Assembly (NCBI GenBank): GCA_047495785.1
Contig: JBLDXI010000017.1
Span: 496,001 to 560,000 of the forward strand
Length of the DNA stretch: 64,000 nt
Direction of reading: 5' to 3'
DNA from: Lepidodermella squamata
Taxonomy: Eukaryota > Animalia > Gastrotricha
The notes beneath the pieces are model-generated. The model had not been told where the DNA came from, did not search any database, and saw nothing but the letters and a program-made list of their open reading frames with translations. Below are positions 1 to 13,459 of the stretch, piece after piece. A program made the translations under genes and the position numbers. Numbering within the stretch: position 1 is the first letter of the stretch; the number at the start of each line of letters is the position of its first letter.

Positions 1-315
1 ATTGCAACTACGTCGGCTATCTCCCATCCAGGGAGAATTAGGAGGACATATTGTCTTGAAGTATATCAGTGCAATTTTCTTTCTATCTCTCTGGATCGCT
101 TTTGTTACCTTGACTGTCTTGAAAAATTACAGCCTTATACAATTTTAGTCGAAATGAAATAAAGGATTAAATGACGTGAACACTCAGAAGTTTTGGGCTG
201 CAGGCTAATAAACATAAATCGATGTGGTTTAATGGTTTGCCCAAAGGGTAGGGATTACAAAGCTGCTACTCACAAAATATATGTCATTGCCTCGGAGTTC
301 TCGATTTTAGCAAAA

Positions 316-3153
316 ATGATAGATGCCGATTTGACTTGCAATGTCTCGGATCATTATGACAATGGATCGTGCCATTCAGAGCGGCATTGTGAGGGAGGTC
401 TCATTCTACCCGTTTGGGGATTCTCAGAAGCTGAGGAGGAAATGAATCCCTACATCCCAATTATATATCATGCCTTAATTTACATAATATCACTGGGATA
501 TCTTCTCCTTGGCGTAAGCATCATTACTGACCGACTAGTATCGGCAACTGAGTACATGAGTGACCAGAAAAGAAGCATCGAGGTCACGCTCAGTACGGGG
601 AATTCTACCCTTATTAAGGTAACTCCTAAACAATTTTCGCAACCCGTTTTTTCACTCAGTTTCAGTTACCGATTTGGCACCCAAACGTGGCAGCACTGAG
701 TTTGCATGTTATTGGCACAAGTGCTCCAGAGATTTTACTGCCAGTTATTGAAATTTTCAAACTCCGCTTTGAAACAACACACGAGCTCGGGTCTTCACTT
801 ATTTTGGGAAGTGGAGCTTATCACCTCTTCATCATCACATGTAAGCAAGCGATTTGAAATTGCTACATTTAACCTAATTTTTGGACATTTTAGCTGTGTG
901 TCTAGCTACAGTGCGCGGAGAAGCTCCAAAGCCAATACGAGATCTAAGATTATTCTTCCTCACAGCTGCATTCGCAATTTCAGCCTATCTATGGGTGTTT
1001 CTTGTCCTTGACATCATTTCGCCTCAACAAATCGAACTGTGGGAGGCTTTGGTCACGCTAGCGCTCTTCCCTACCCTCCTCGTGCTAGCCTGGTTGCAAG
1101 GCAGAAGGACTCCAGTCAGCCTTCTTTCGAGGCTAAACCACGCTGTCCACAAAAGTAGGTCATCAGCTGCAAACCACTTTCGACAGGCAGAATCTGACGC
1201 TGCGTTGAAGCGGTGGAGCATTGTAAGCAGCCGTGTTGAATTTTTAAAGCAAGAATATCCTGGCAAGACGTCGGAGGAGCTACAGGAGATTGCTAGCATG
1301 GAACTTGAAGGTATCGGAGATAACCGGCGACCCTCTGCTTACCGGTTTACGCGACCGAAAACCCCTGCGACGAAAAACCGAACCTTAGCAGACATTCTCG
1401 AGACTCACAACAGGGTTGACCCGGATAAGATTACTCAAAGCGTCGGGTTCCCGATAGCAACAGTAAACTGTGATGAAAACTGCGAGAAAGTCAAGATTCC
1501 GGTCGAAAGATGGGGTACTGGCCTAGACGAAACTTCCCTCTTTGTCGAATTCGAAACCGTGCAAGGTACCGCTAAAGACGGGGTAAACTTCAAAGGCAAG
1601 TCTGGGTGCATTTCGTTTCCTCCTGGAGAAAGTCGGGCATACATAACCATCGAAATCTTGGACGACGATGTTTACAGCAAAGACCCTCGACGTTTCAAAG
1701 TTAAGCTTGCTAAACCAATAGTCAGCTACCCGCGAGTTGAACTTCCAGCTTCCTCTACTCAAACGGCACAAGTTCAGCGGATTATCTTTGAACGGAATGA
1801 ATTGAGCGTATTAATACTGGACAGCGACCATTTCGGCGTCTTTTCGTTTGAAACTTATGACATACCTATACCGGACAACATCGGAGTCGCGAAAATCAAG
1901 GTCAGGAGGACTATGGGTGCGAAGGGATCTGTAGCTGTTTCCTACAGGATCACACCAGGTACCGCAAGACTTGGCGAGGACTACGTCGCTCAACCAGCTG
2001 GTTACGTCTCATTCGCAGAGGGACAGATAGAGGGCACGATCGACGTTAGAATCATTGATAAGAATCGTTACGGCGATGTCTTCAACTTCTTCATAGAACT
2101 CCTGACGCCAAGAAAGGACTCGGCCTTAGATATCAAAACGTCATTACAAGCTCCATCGATAGGTAACCCTCACCTTGTCCAAATCGGAATTTGCGAATCA
2201 GAGGAAACTGAAGAGGCCCTCGATCGCCTTATGCGAACGCCTGATATAACCCCACGTTTAATCGTGAATTTATGGCAAGAACAATTCCAACGTGCAATCG
2301 AGTTGCCATTTGTTCAAGACTCAAATTCTAGACCGGGTAGTATTACTGGTATCTGGGAAAGTTATGCGAAACCCTGGTTGGTATACTTTCTATCGCTGCC
2401 TTGGAAAATATCTGTGGCCATGATTCCACCGGATCGAATTTTGTACGGCTGGCTATCTTACTGTATTCTTCTCGGGTTTATGGTGGTGGTTGCGATTCTA
2501 ATTGGAGATTGTGCTTCTCATCTTGCTTGTACTATTGGCCTCAAAGAATCAATCACTGCAATCACGATAATCCCATTAGGTAATAATTGAATTTTTCAAC
2601 TTTTATTTACATTCAATCAATATACTTTTCCTCTTAGGAATGGGTTTGCCGGATACGTTTACAAGTCGGAAGGCGACCATATTCGAGAAAACAGCCGATA
2701 TCGCCATCGGTGGAATTTTGGGCGCAAATGCTGTCAGCGTTTCCTTAGGAATCGGGCTGTCGTGGTCAATCGGGGCAATTTATCAAACTACTAAAGGAGG
2801 CGTTCTAAAGGTGAGCGGATAATTAACCCATTGGAGTTACGCTCAAGCAAAATTATATGACCATACAGCTGTGCCCAATTTCAATTCTTAAATGAGTATT
2901 TTTCATAGAATGTATTTTTGACTGTTTTCAGGTTCCATCGAGTAATTTTGGTTTCAGCGTCATGCTTTACTGCAGTTTTGCCGCTGTTGCCGTTGCCATA
3001 CTAATGCTGCGACGACTGCCACCAAACCGAGGCGAATTGGGCGGCAAAAAATCACTCAGAATGCTAACGGCCGCTAGTTTCGTGCTACTGTGGCTGTTGT
3101 TCGTCGGTCTGACAATTTTAGAGAATTACTCTGTCATTAGCGTTTTCAAATAA
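316..3153 (+). CDS. Na+/Ca2+ exchanger-like protein (NCX/SLC8 family), paralogue A; multi-exon
   Basis: Exons approx. 316-618, 666-840, ~893-2579, 2638-2810, 2932-3153, joined by GT-AG introns. Alpha-1 IGTSAPEILLP...GSGAYH, two Calx-beta domains (ILDDDVY, ILDSDHFG), alpha-2 GMGLPDTF...GANAVS, C-terminal RR..GELGG motif. Start codon uncertain. Confidence 0.92.
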
Positions 3154-3422
3154 CTATCGTTCCAGGTTCCAGGTGTGTAAAATGAAGCATCTTTCATTCG
3201 CAAATCAAGAAAAATAAAATGTACCACAAATCAGGTTTTCATTTCGAAAGGCGGCGCCAAATTGTAAAATTAAATGCTCCCATTTAAATAGGTATATGGG
3301 TTTATTTTATATCGGCTATTGATAAAAACTAGAGTTCGTTGATAAAGAAGACGCTAGACAGTGGGAGAAATTACTCACGATATCAGGCAACTGATAGGCC
3401 GAAGGGCCTTATCTTCCTAAGA

Positions 3423-6400
3423 ATGTCCTTCGCTCTGAGAAGAAGTGGTGTGTATTAAACACAGACGAAAAGTATTACATAAAAATATGTCTGTTGAAGC
3501 TAACATAGCTTCCATTTTCTGGGTGCCAGCCCTAAATGCTCTTGAACAAAATCGATCAGGTATACTCAATTTTTCCAAATTACTGAACTATCCCAATAAT
3601 TTTTAATTTTTCAAGGGAATAAACCTTTCAAAGAGTTATGGCCCAAAGGAAAGGAATTGCGACTCAGCATTGAGACATGTTCTGATCTGGATGATAAATT
3701 CAAGCGAAAATTGGCAATGTTTGCCGCAAGGTGCCGAATTTGGGAGGCTTTAGAACAACTGCTATCCACGAAAACCATCAGTAATACAATTTATATCAAT
3801 GGTATGAAAAAATGTTGATCAATTATTCCAGACGTGAATGTTCGATGTTCGGGTGGGCGGAGCTTACTGCACCTTGCTTGTATCCTCGAAAGCCTTGAAG
3901 GCGTTCATCTTTTACTATCAAACGGAGCCGATGTAACAGCGGTGGATGACAATGGCGAGACGGCGATCGATCAAGCTCGCGATCCTGAGATCTTGAAAGT
4001 CTTAACTAGTGCTCTGAAAACAGTACATGCTATGACAAAGGGCCCAGCGGTTGAAAAACGGAAACAAGATAAGCCGCCGAACAAATCTGCGGAGAAGCGA
4101 CTGAGTACGGATAAATCGAGTCAAGAGCTAGAATCTTTGTTCAATCTCGTCAAGTCGAGTTCTAGCAAATTTGAATTTGAAAATATTGTCATAAAAATCA
4201 AGGTTTCATCGATTTCCAAAGTTTTACCAACTATTTTATATTTCTATTATGAATGAAGGCCTTACCTGCTGAGTTGGTGCGAAAAGCTGTCGATGTTGCT
4301 TCTGGAGATTCGTTGTTCCATGCCGCTGTAAGAATAGGGATGCCAGCTGTTCCTTTGATGGTCCTTCTCGCTGAGCAATATAAGGTGGATTGTAATGCTA
4401 GGAACGGCCAAGGAGAGACGCCGCTGATCATCGCCATCCGGCAGGGTTTCTTTGAAATAGCTGACGTAAGTATTTCATTCCATTTAATAAAGAAGTAAAC
4501 ATTGAATTTCGGATCAACACACTTGTGATCATTTATATAATTTTTGAAAACTTTAGAATTTCAAAAATGCAATTTATTCAATATCAAAAATGTGCATAAA
4601 TGAAACATGATTTTTGACACTTCATTTCTGTTAGTAACATAAATTGGGCGTTGTCCAACAATGGGCACACGCCAGATGTCGCCTCAGATACTTGATTGCA
4701 GCAAAATTTTACGGAATTGACCGTTGCAGGGTTTATCTAGCTAATTTCCTAACTGAAGTTTTGTTTGTATTTGCTGATTTTCAGTTGTTGATTGTATGCC
4801 TTGGAGCTGATGTCAATCGATCTGGTCGAGATTCCCTCCGACCCATCCACGTCGCCTGCGCAGCCGATAATTACGACGCTCTCCTGCTTCTACTTCGTCG
4901 AGGCGCCAATTTAAGCACTAGCAATGGTCTTTTCGCCGATGAAGTCGACGGCATTGGTTCTGTTTGCAAATCAATCATTGCCAAAGCGAAAATCGAGCGA
5001 TACGAGCTATTGGCAGACTTAGCCGTTGACCCATTCGTGTCCCTATCGAAAGGCGATAAGACAAAGATAAATGGAAACATCCTATGTGCCGGTGACTTCC
5101 GATTGACAAATGACAAGGGCGAAACGATTTTGTTATCTCCGTCAGCCCTAACTAAGTATTTTACACAAAATTGTTGTTGATGAATTAAAGACTCTTGGTC
5201 TGTTCACAGCAAAAGCTTCATGCAAGTCGCGCTGTTTGTCATTCAAAAAACGATTCGAGATGCAAAGAAACGTTCGGAAATTTTGGATATGAAAAGTCCG
5301 TTAAGCGGGAAAACGGCTCTTTCGATCGCCTCTCGATTGGGAAATGTTGAAGTGATTCGATCACTGTTAGCTGCTGGTGCCGACCCAGCAATTCCTGATA
5401 ACGAAGACCTGTAAATGTTTCCTTACTTCATTGCTTTCCCGATCGCTCTCAATTCGAAATCCCTTTCCTTCTCACCTGAGCCTATACATAGCTTCATTAT
5501 TTCCCTCCTTTTTCATATAAATATTTCCTTTCCTTTCCTTTCCTTTCCTTTCCTTTCCTTTCCTTTCCTTTCCTTTCCTTTCCTTTCCTTTCCTTTCCTT
5601 TCCTTTCCTTTCCTTTCCTTTCCTTTCCTTTCCTTTCCTTTCCTTTCCTTTCCTTTCCTTTCCTTTCCTTTCCTTTCCTTTCCTTTCCTTTCCTTTCCTT
5701 TCCTTTCCTTTCCTTTCCTTTCCTTTCCTTTCCTTTCCTTTCCTTTCCTTTCCTTTCCTTTCCTTTCCTTTCCTTTCCTTTCCTTTCCTTTCCTTTCCTT
5801 TCCTTTCCTTTCCTTTCCTTTCCTTTCCTTTCCTTTCCTTTCCTTTCCTTTCCTTTCCTTTCCTTTCCTTTCCTTTCCTTTCCTTTCCTTTCCTTTCCTC
5901 TTTAATTGTTCTCAATTTCTCAAGATTGCCCATCCATCACGCATTGATGTGCTCCGATGTTGCTGTGGCAAGTGCTCTTTACGATAGCGATAGAGGTCTG
6001 ATCGGCTTCAAGCAATCTTTCTACTTGGTCACCAATCGCCAAGAAGCTACAGCCGTAGTAAATGAAGCTTTCTTCCGCCGTCAGGAGCACATCGTCCAAC
6101 CTTTGCTCATTAAAGCCGCTACAACACGATCGATCGAAGGCATAGCCGAGCAGCTTGAACCGGAAGACGTCATGGATTTGACGACGCTTTCCGCTGAAAA
6201 AGTCGACGTCAACTATCAATCCCCGGTTTTCCTAGCAGTTCAAAATGGAGCTATCGAAGTCGTCAAATTTTTCATCGAGGTATGGGAATCACAGCCTTTT
6301 AAACCTAACTGCTTCAAAAAGTATTTCAAAATTGACGTTCAGCATGGTGCAAACATAGCACGAGAACAATCAGTCACAGGGGACAGGTAACAGCATAGAA

Positions 6401-8294
6401 ATAAGTGAAAATTCGCCATATGTTCCAAATTTTCCAGCGTGTTGCACGTAGCTGTCCGTTCTGGGGATGTAGCGATGGTTGATTTTCTACTAAATCTAGA
6501 CGCAAGACACGACTTTCTGGAGCATATCAACTGCAACGGCCATTCAGCTCTTCATATCGCTGCCTTTCAAGGTAACTCGCTATTCATTAAATTGTCCGCA
6601 ATTTTTAAAATCATGAATTCAAGGTTTGAAGCCCATAGTGGAAAAGCTGCTAAAAGCTGGAGCTTCCCCGGTACTAGACGAAGCAGCAGGTTACCCAGCT
6701 ATAACGTCCCAATATTCGTCAATCCTATCCTTACTCGACAAAATTCGCCGAGATAGAAGCGCGATCGTTTTTGAGACTTTAAAAGCAATCGAGCCGAAAA
6801 AACTAGCTGCCGAAATCAAAACCAATGAACCAAGGCCGAGTGCAGCACGTAAGCAGAGTGTCATCGGAGGGGTGGCTTCCAGCTTCATATCCTCAGTTTC
6901 TATCTCGCTGTCTCGAGCTAAGTCGAAAGGAAGCGTTCTATCTCTTAAAGCGGCGGATTCTGTCAGCAAAATGACGTCATCGTTTTCGAGCCGATTCAAT
7001 GACTACGACGATAGTGCTAGTGTTGTTAGTGGCTACAGCACGATTAGTAAGGTGTCCACAGCCAGGTCGGTCGCGGCTTCGCAAAGCTCTCGGGTACTTC
7101 GCGCAACGCCAAACATGCGCCGGAGAATTTCATCCCACATAACTACAGCAGTTCAGGTTTGAGTTTATTAAATTTCTTATTTTTCATTATATTGGTAAAT
7201 TTATCCAAGATTTACGACTTTTACCTGTTCGACTTCAGTGGCGAGCCGTTGCTGACAGCTGCGGTTCGCCAGAAAACAGTCGTTCTAGTCGAAAATTTGC
7301 TGTCCTTGTACAAAAACTTAGCCGAAGAATTCAACCGATCGGCTCTGAAAAGGTCAGAATTCTTAATGAAAACATGCTTTACCTCATAACTTTGATCTGC
7401 AGGATATCTGCCTTCACCCAAGGTTCAGAAAACCCCCAAGAGTCGCATTTCTTTAGCGGAGTAATTTCGCCTAAACGAAGTAAGGGAATGGTTTTACAAT
7501 GCAATTTTCTTGCAACTATTACAATATATCTTAGCCGAGCTGGTTCATCCATGTCTATTGAAGTCGCCGAGAAATGGCTCGACCGCGCTTCATGTTGCGA
7601 TTCAGTTGTACGATAACAGAGAATTGGCGTTTCATCTAGCAGCCGCTTGTGAGAATGTCCTCTGCGTGACAGATTCGAACGGATTCAACCCCCTGCAATT
7701 GGCTGTCTCACTTTCACGTCGCCGTATTGTATCGGTTTTGGTGGTTAGTTCCCATTTTCCTTTTAACAAAGCAAGAGAAACATGATTGAATCTGGTCTGT
7801 AGTTTCGTGTTCACCCCTAAATTTTCGGAATTTTACTGATGATTCAATTTCATTTCTATTCAATTCAGAAATTTTCTACTGCTGATCTGGACTGTAAAAC
7901 TCCTGATGGAAGAACGCTGGAGCAATTGGCGACTAGCAAACGCATTCGAGCCCGGTTGCGCTACGCTCGAAAACGAAACAGCCAAGGTCTTGCGGCTGGG
8001 GGTGATGACAGTTACGAAAGCGACAGCGTATCTTCGAATTCAACAGCTGCGAGTGTCGCAACTCGAGCTACAGTTTTGTCGCGTTACGAACCCGGCGCCG
8101 ACTCAGCGTCATCGCTTTCGCTGGATGACGACATTGAAGCAAGCAGTCTGGCGAGTGGTTTGACGCGGAAACAGCTACGACACTTGAGCAAGCGGCTTGA
8201 TTTTGTTGGACTCATCAATAAGTACAACGACATAAGGAAAACTTTCATCGTCGAAAGCACAACCGCTAATTTAGAAAAGCAAATATTCCAGTGA
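3423..8294 (+). CDS. Multi-exon ankyrin-repeat protein with Ser-rich linkers
   Basis: Successive ORFs with ankyrin motifs (GRSLLHLAC, GDSLFHAAV, GETPLIIAI, RPIHVAC, GKTALSIAS, GHSALHIAA, GSTALHVAI, GFNPLQLAV) separated by short GT-AG introns. The 5' exons and start are tentative. Confidence 0.8.
5524..5899. repeat. Pure (TTTCC)n pentanucleotide microsatellite, ~75 units, intronic
   Basis: Directly visible. It lies between ankyrin-coding exons and generates the spurious FPFLS and KERKG ORFs. Confidence 0.98.
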
Positions 8295-8462
8295 AACACA
8301 TTCAGCAATCATTTTAGATATTACTTTTGCTTGATTATTTCATTGTTTTAGCATAAAAGGGTAAATTTTCAAAAAATCACGTTATCAAGTTGAAATAGGA
8401 TCTCATGAAGTTTATTTTTTCTCAATGTGACCATACAAGCCTTCATTCAGTCCATCGGATTG

Positions 8463-11400
8463 TTACCGAAAGTTGTCTTTTCGATAGAGAACTCTAATGT
8501 AACAGTAGTTTTCTAGGATAGACAGTACAACAAATATCAGCCAGAGGAGGATAAAGAAGGCTCCTGAAAGAACTTTCCACACCTGTGGACCGCCGAATTC
8601 GCCGCGAATAGGCGATACGCGTCGGAATACGAGCACCAGGACAGCGGCGGTAGCGAATACACAGTACAGCATAACACTGAAGCCAGCATTTTCTGGCGGA
8701 ACCTAAAAAAAATTAAATATTTGAGCCGTCCGGTACATTTTAAATAAATTCCCAGTCCCCAAATACGCCTCCACGGTCTCAAATCTGTAGCTTACTGATA
8801 GAGAAGACCCCCTTGCTTGGTTGTAAATTGCTCCAACAGTCCACGCCATGCCGATTCCCAAGAAAACCGAGGCCGCGTTTGAGGTAGTAATGTTACCAAA
8901 GGCTGCATCTGCCGTTTTCTCGTACATAGCTGCATGACGGCCAGCAAATGTATCCGGCAGTCCCATTCCAAAAGCTATGAGTGTAATCCCTGTAATCGTG
9001 TCTTTCAGGCCAACTAAACACCCTAGATACGAAGCACAATCGCCAATCAGCGCTGAGACGAAAGCGACACAGGCGAGCAATGATAAATAGGACACCCAGC
9101 CATGGAGTAGCCGAACAGGCGGGAGTAGAGCTACAAGCAGTTTCCAAGGGAGTGAAATCACATGGATGACATAACGCTTGATAATCCACTTTGATTTCGC
9201 CTTCACGATATTAGCCGAATCGGAATTGCCGTCGCTATCTGGCATTGTATTGGCATTGAAAACGGACGTGGTTTGTTGATGCTCGTCGTGATTAACGACA
9301 AACACGTCTCGAAGCTGATCGAACCAAGTAGAAGCAACCAACAACTCGGCCATATCGGTCATTTTGAGCAGGCGATCGAGAGCGTCACGAACCTCTTCGT
9401 CTTCACATATCCCCAACTGGACAAGCTTGTGTTCGCCCAGAGTAGGTAGGCCTATGCTTGACTTGACGTCATTTGAAAGCTTTTTCGGTTGCGAAAGTTC
9501 GATATAGAACGTGAACATGTCACCGGTTCGATTTTTGTCGATAATTTCAACCTATTGAGTGGGAAATGTACATCATTCATCAACACCGTTCGAAAATTTA
9601 CCTCGAGGAACTGCTCACTTTCGCCATCTTCGAAGTAAAGGACGCCTTTTGGGGAAGGGACGATGTAATCTTCGTGAAGCTTTGCCGTTCCTGGGCTGAT
9701 CTGATACGGGACTGCTACCTTACCTTTAGTGCCAGTGCCTCGAACCACCCGAATCTTGGCGACACCAACGTTATCTGCAATCGCTTGCTCAGTTTTCTCA
9801 AACGTGAAAACGCCGCAGTGGTCGTCGTCCAAAATTGAGACAACCGTCTCTGATAGCGATAATTCAACTTTGGACACTTTCGCGTTATGCTGCGAACCGT
9901 TTGATAGATTTGAACCTAATCGGCGTAAGACAGGTTGCGAACTTCTAACCATTACCGGGTTGGACAACCTCAGGCTAAAGTTTTTGGAGGCTTCTTCATA
10001 AATTCCGTCGTCGAGGATTCGAACGGTAATTTCAGCATTCTGCTGTCCGGGCTCGAAGGTCAGCGAACCTTTAGCAGGCTCGAAATTTATGTCAGCCTTG
10101 GCGGTTCCGGCTACAGTTTCGAAGTCGACAGTTGCTGAAGTTTCGTTGATGCCAGCGCCGTTTCTTATCACAGTAATTGCTGTTTTCTCGCAACTCTCCT
10201 GGCAACTGACGGCTGAAGCTACGAATCCTATGGTTTGCACATCGTATATATTAGAGTGCAGCTTGGTTCTTTGCTCATCCTAATGTAAAAGAAAAGATTA
10301 GCTGGAAAAGCACCTGATGGAATTCATAATCATTTTATGCGAATAGAGAGATTCTATCTATCCTCAAGGTTAACTCAGTGAAAGACTAAAGGTAATGAAA
10401 GTGAACTCAGTGAAAGAGACGAATCGACCCTTATGTCGATTCTCCTTATCCTAACCAGTTCTGCTTTTCTACTTCCCTCTCTGAAATGGTCCCCAAAATA
10501 AATCCCCTGGCTGGAAAGAGGGAATACCCAACTCACATATTTTTCTTTGATGCGCTCACGAGACGGAACATTGGCGCCGCCTGATATCGCTTTTGTAGCT
10601 TGCAATCTGCGGTTAAAATCAAATGGAAGCTAGTCAACTTTCGAACTATTTGCCCTACCTGTAAAACATCGCACTCTTCGGGGTGTCCTCCAACATCTGG
10701 ATTTCAGCCATTTCTGCAGAGATGCAAATAATAATAACAATTTAGCGACATTTCGTTAAGCTCTGAACCTTCTATTTCTAGATGAGACTTTTCTGGATGA
10801 GCCTCCTTCAGATGAGCCAAAATATGCGCCAACCTGCGGCGTTTGTCATCGTCCATATCTTCGCTGAACATACTACTTGAAGACGCGGTATCGCCCCGTT
10901 GCTCACCTTGAGACGTAGCCGGTTCAATTGAGCTGCTCTGAAGGAATTTTCCAACTGACGCCAACCATTTTTGTGGAAAGCGCCTGGCTACGATCCAATC
11001 AGTGACAACCATGATAGGGAAGAACAGTAAAGTCAGCACCGCCTCCCAAACTTCAACAGTACCCGGTGAGATTTCAGCTAGCATTAGGTAGACCCATAGA
11101 TAGGCAAATATTGCATAGATGACTGTTGCGAAGAAAAAATGCCGATCTTTGATGGGTTTTGGCGAAGTTTCTTCGACGCTCAAAAGGCATATAGCAGTGA
11201 TAATGAAGAAATGATAGGCGCCGGAGCCGACTATCAGCGACGGGCCCAGGTCGTCGCTGTCGAAGCCGCCTTTGATGACGCCGAAGACGGGGAGAAATAT
11301 CTCAGGTGCAGATGTTCCGACGGCGGAAACTGTCACTGCTAGAACAGTAGGGTGCCAGACTGGTACCTAAAGGAGCAAATCCGATACGAGTAAAACGAGC

Positions 11401-12215
11401 CTAGGTTGGTTAGGGTTCAGTGGTCGTTTTAGAGTTAGGTTTAAGGTTTTTCAGAGTTCAATTTCGCCCTTAAATTTCGCAGTGAAAAGGTTCAGTAAAA
11501 GGTATCAGTAAATAGGATTCAGGTTGGTTAGGGTTCCGGGTTCAAGCAGAATCTTTTCAAGCAGAAAAAATTATTGGTATCAAGGGTCCCAAAATCGAAC
11601 AGAAACCTGAAACTCACCCTAACCCTAAAATTAATCTTGAACCCTAAGTCCTAACCCTAACCCAAATTCTTATAATTTTATAACCTTTGAAGATCCTATA
11701 AAGTGGACAAGAAATTCAGCTTTTTCGCATTTTTTGGAACTTATGTAGGATCCCGAAAATCTTTTTCAAGCCGTCAAAATGTGCATTACCTTGATAGTTT
11801 TACTGCTACCATTTTTCAGCGTAACAGTCACGGGTCGTTTGTGCGCACCAATGACCTCAATAGCCGACACGATGCCATCGGTAATTACCGTAACGCCAAA
11901 CAGAAGGTAGCATAAAATTACAGCGTAGATTGCCGCTCGATACGCTATCGTCCCAACATCACCGTCGACAGGCGGAGGCGTCCATAGTGGCAAAATTAGT
12001 CCCTGGCTGCAATCCTTACTCGCAAAGCAGCGGTCGTTTGATTGAAAGAGCGACAAATTTCTGCTCTCATTAAAATTGGACAATTGATCGGACGAATCTG
12101 TGACCTTGGATTCATTCGTAACAGGATTGCACAAAGTCGAACCGAGGTTTAGGAAAATCAATGCAATCACATAGCAAATCAGATTTTTCTGATTTTGTAT
12201 TCGATTAGCTATCAT
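8463..12215 (-). CDS. NCX/SLC8-like paralogue B; multi-exon
   Basis: Minus-strand ORFs 12215-11766 (signal peptide, TM1), 11336-10704 (VGTSAPE, GSGAYH), 10240-9452 (Calx-beta), 9518-8703 (GMGLPD, AFGNITTSNAAS), 8672-8463 (RRVSPIRGEFGG). Confidence 0.93.
11400..11665. repeat. Degenerate TTAGGG/CCCTAA-rich inverted repeat in intron 1 of NCX-B (MITE-like)
   Basis: ggttagggtt motifs on the left face aaccctaaccc motifs on the right. No clear TSD. Confidence 0.45.
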
Positions 12216-13459
12216 AAGTTCATTCGACTATATTTTTTCATAAAAATTATTATTAATTTGATAATTAAATTCTAAAAAAATTGCAACTTGGATATTATGA
12301 TTAATTCATGTAACCAAGGAAGAGAGCAGCAATGTCGGCACGTGATATTTCGCTCTAGTCACCCGTCTCGACCCATCATGACCCTGGAAATAAGACGTCA
12401 TAAATCATGATTCAAGTTATGGCCGAAGTGAGATACAGGTAGACGTGAGTATTGAACATTGTGTACCTGCTGATTGTGAAGCACGCAAAAAATCTATCGA
12501 TTTTCGGCGTCATTACGTTTGATTAGGATTTTTTCAGGTGTGGGGAAGCACGTCGTGCGCATTTGAATATATACGCATTAACACGGCTTCAAGAAGACGT
12601 AGTAATATCAACTTTAGCCCCTGACAACGCTTCGAAGGCGCGTTATAGCTGTTAGTTTTTTAAGAGGCATCAAATTACCAGAGCACTCATCGCCTCGCTC
12701 TTGAGTAGGTAAGGACATTTCAATCTGTATGTTGAATTACGCCTCAAGCAGGTATTTTGTAATAATTCTCTGATTTTTCATTGTAGTGTTATGCGTGTAA
12801 ATCAGGAATAAGGAGAGCCTGAGGTGGGCTCTTTTTTATCGATTATTTTTTACGCGATCAAAGAGATAAAAATCACGAGTTTAATTTCCCTGTTATAACC
12901 CGCAGAATTTGGCTTGGAGCACGTGATCAAAACGTCAAGAATTTCTCTCACGGAATTATTCGAAAAAATTGCTGTTCTTGCTGTAACCCGAAAATCGAAA
13001 AATATTGTATAAAAAATATAAAAGAGTCGAATATAATTCAAATTTTCACAGGTCATCTCGCAGCTGAAGTTTTATTTCGCAACACCGGAGGGACTTTTTT
13101 CATGAAAAATCGTGTTTATCCTGGCGAACTTCATGCCAATTTTTCCTTAAATCCACTTTGTTGCAGCGAATCAAGTATCAAGTGCATCAATGAATAATGT
13201 TTATTTATTTATTTATTTTTCACTTTTCTTGTCCATGTCCAAGTTTCCAACGTCCGACGTCCGAAGTGCCCTTGACTTGACCCAGGTCATGTTTTACAAA
13301 GAGGTCAATTTCTATATATATATTTCGCTCATTTTGAACAATCTGCTGCATTTCAAACACTCGTGCTAGCGATTATGAGCGAGAAATTCTTTAAAGACCT
13401 CACCAAATTCATTATTTTAAAAATAACATTTCAGGAATTTGTGTTTAAAATAACAAAAA

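Noticed and set aside
4635-4700. Extra ankyrin exon (NNGHTP) in the ankyrin-gene intron
   Set aside because: Short motif followed quickly by a stop, with no convincing donor; may be chance.
5415-5987. 190-aa and 153-aa ORFs (FPFLS / KERKG repeats)
   Set aside because: Translation artefacts of the intronic (TTTCC)n microsatellite.
11400-11665. Interstitial telomere or fusion site
   Set aside because: TTAGGG-like units are sparse and degenerate, more like a MITE-type intronic repeat.
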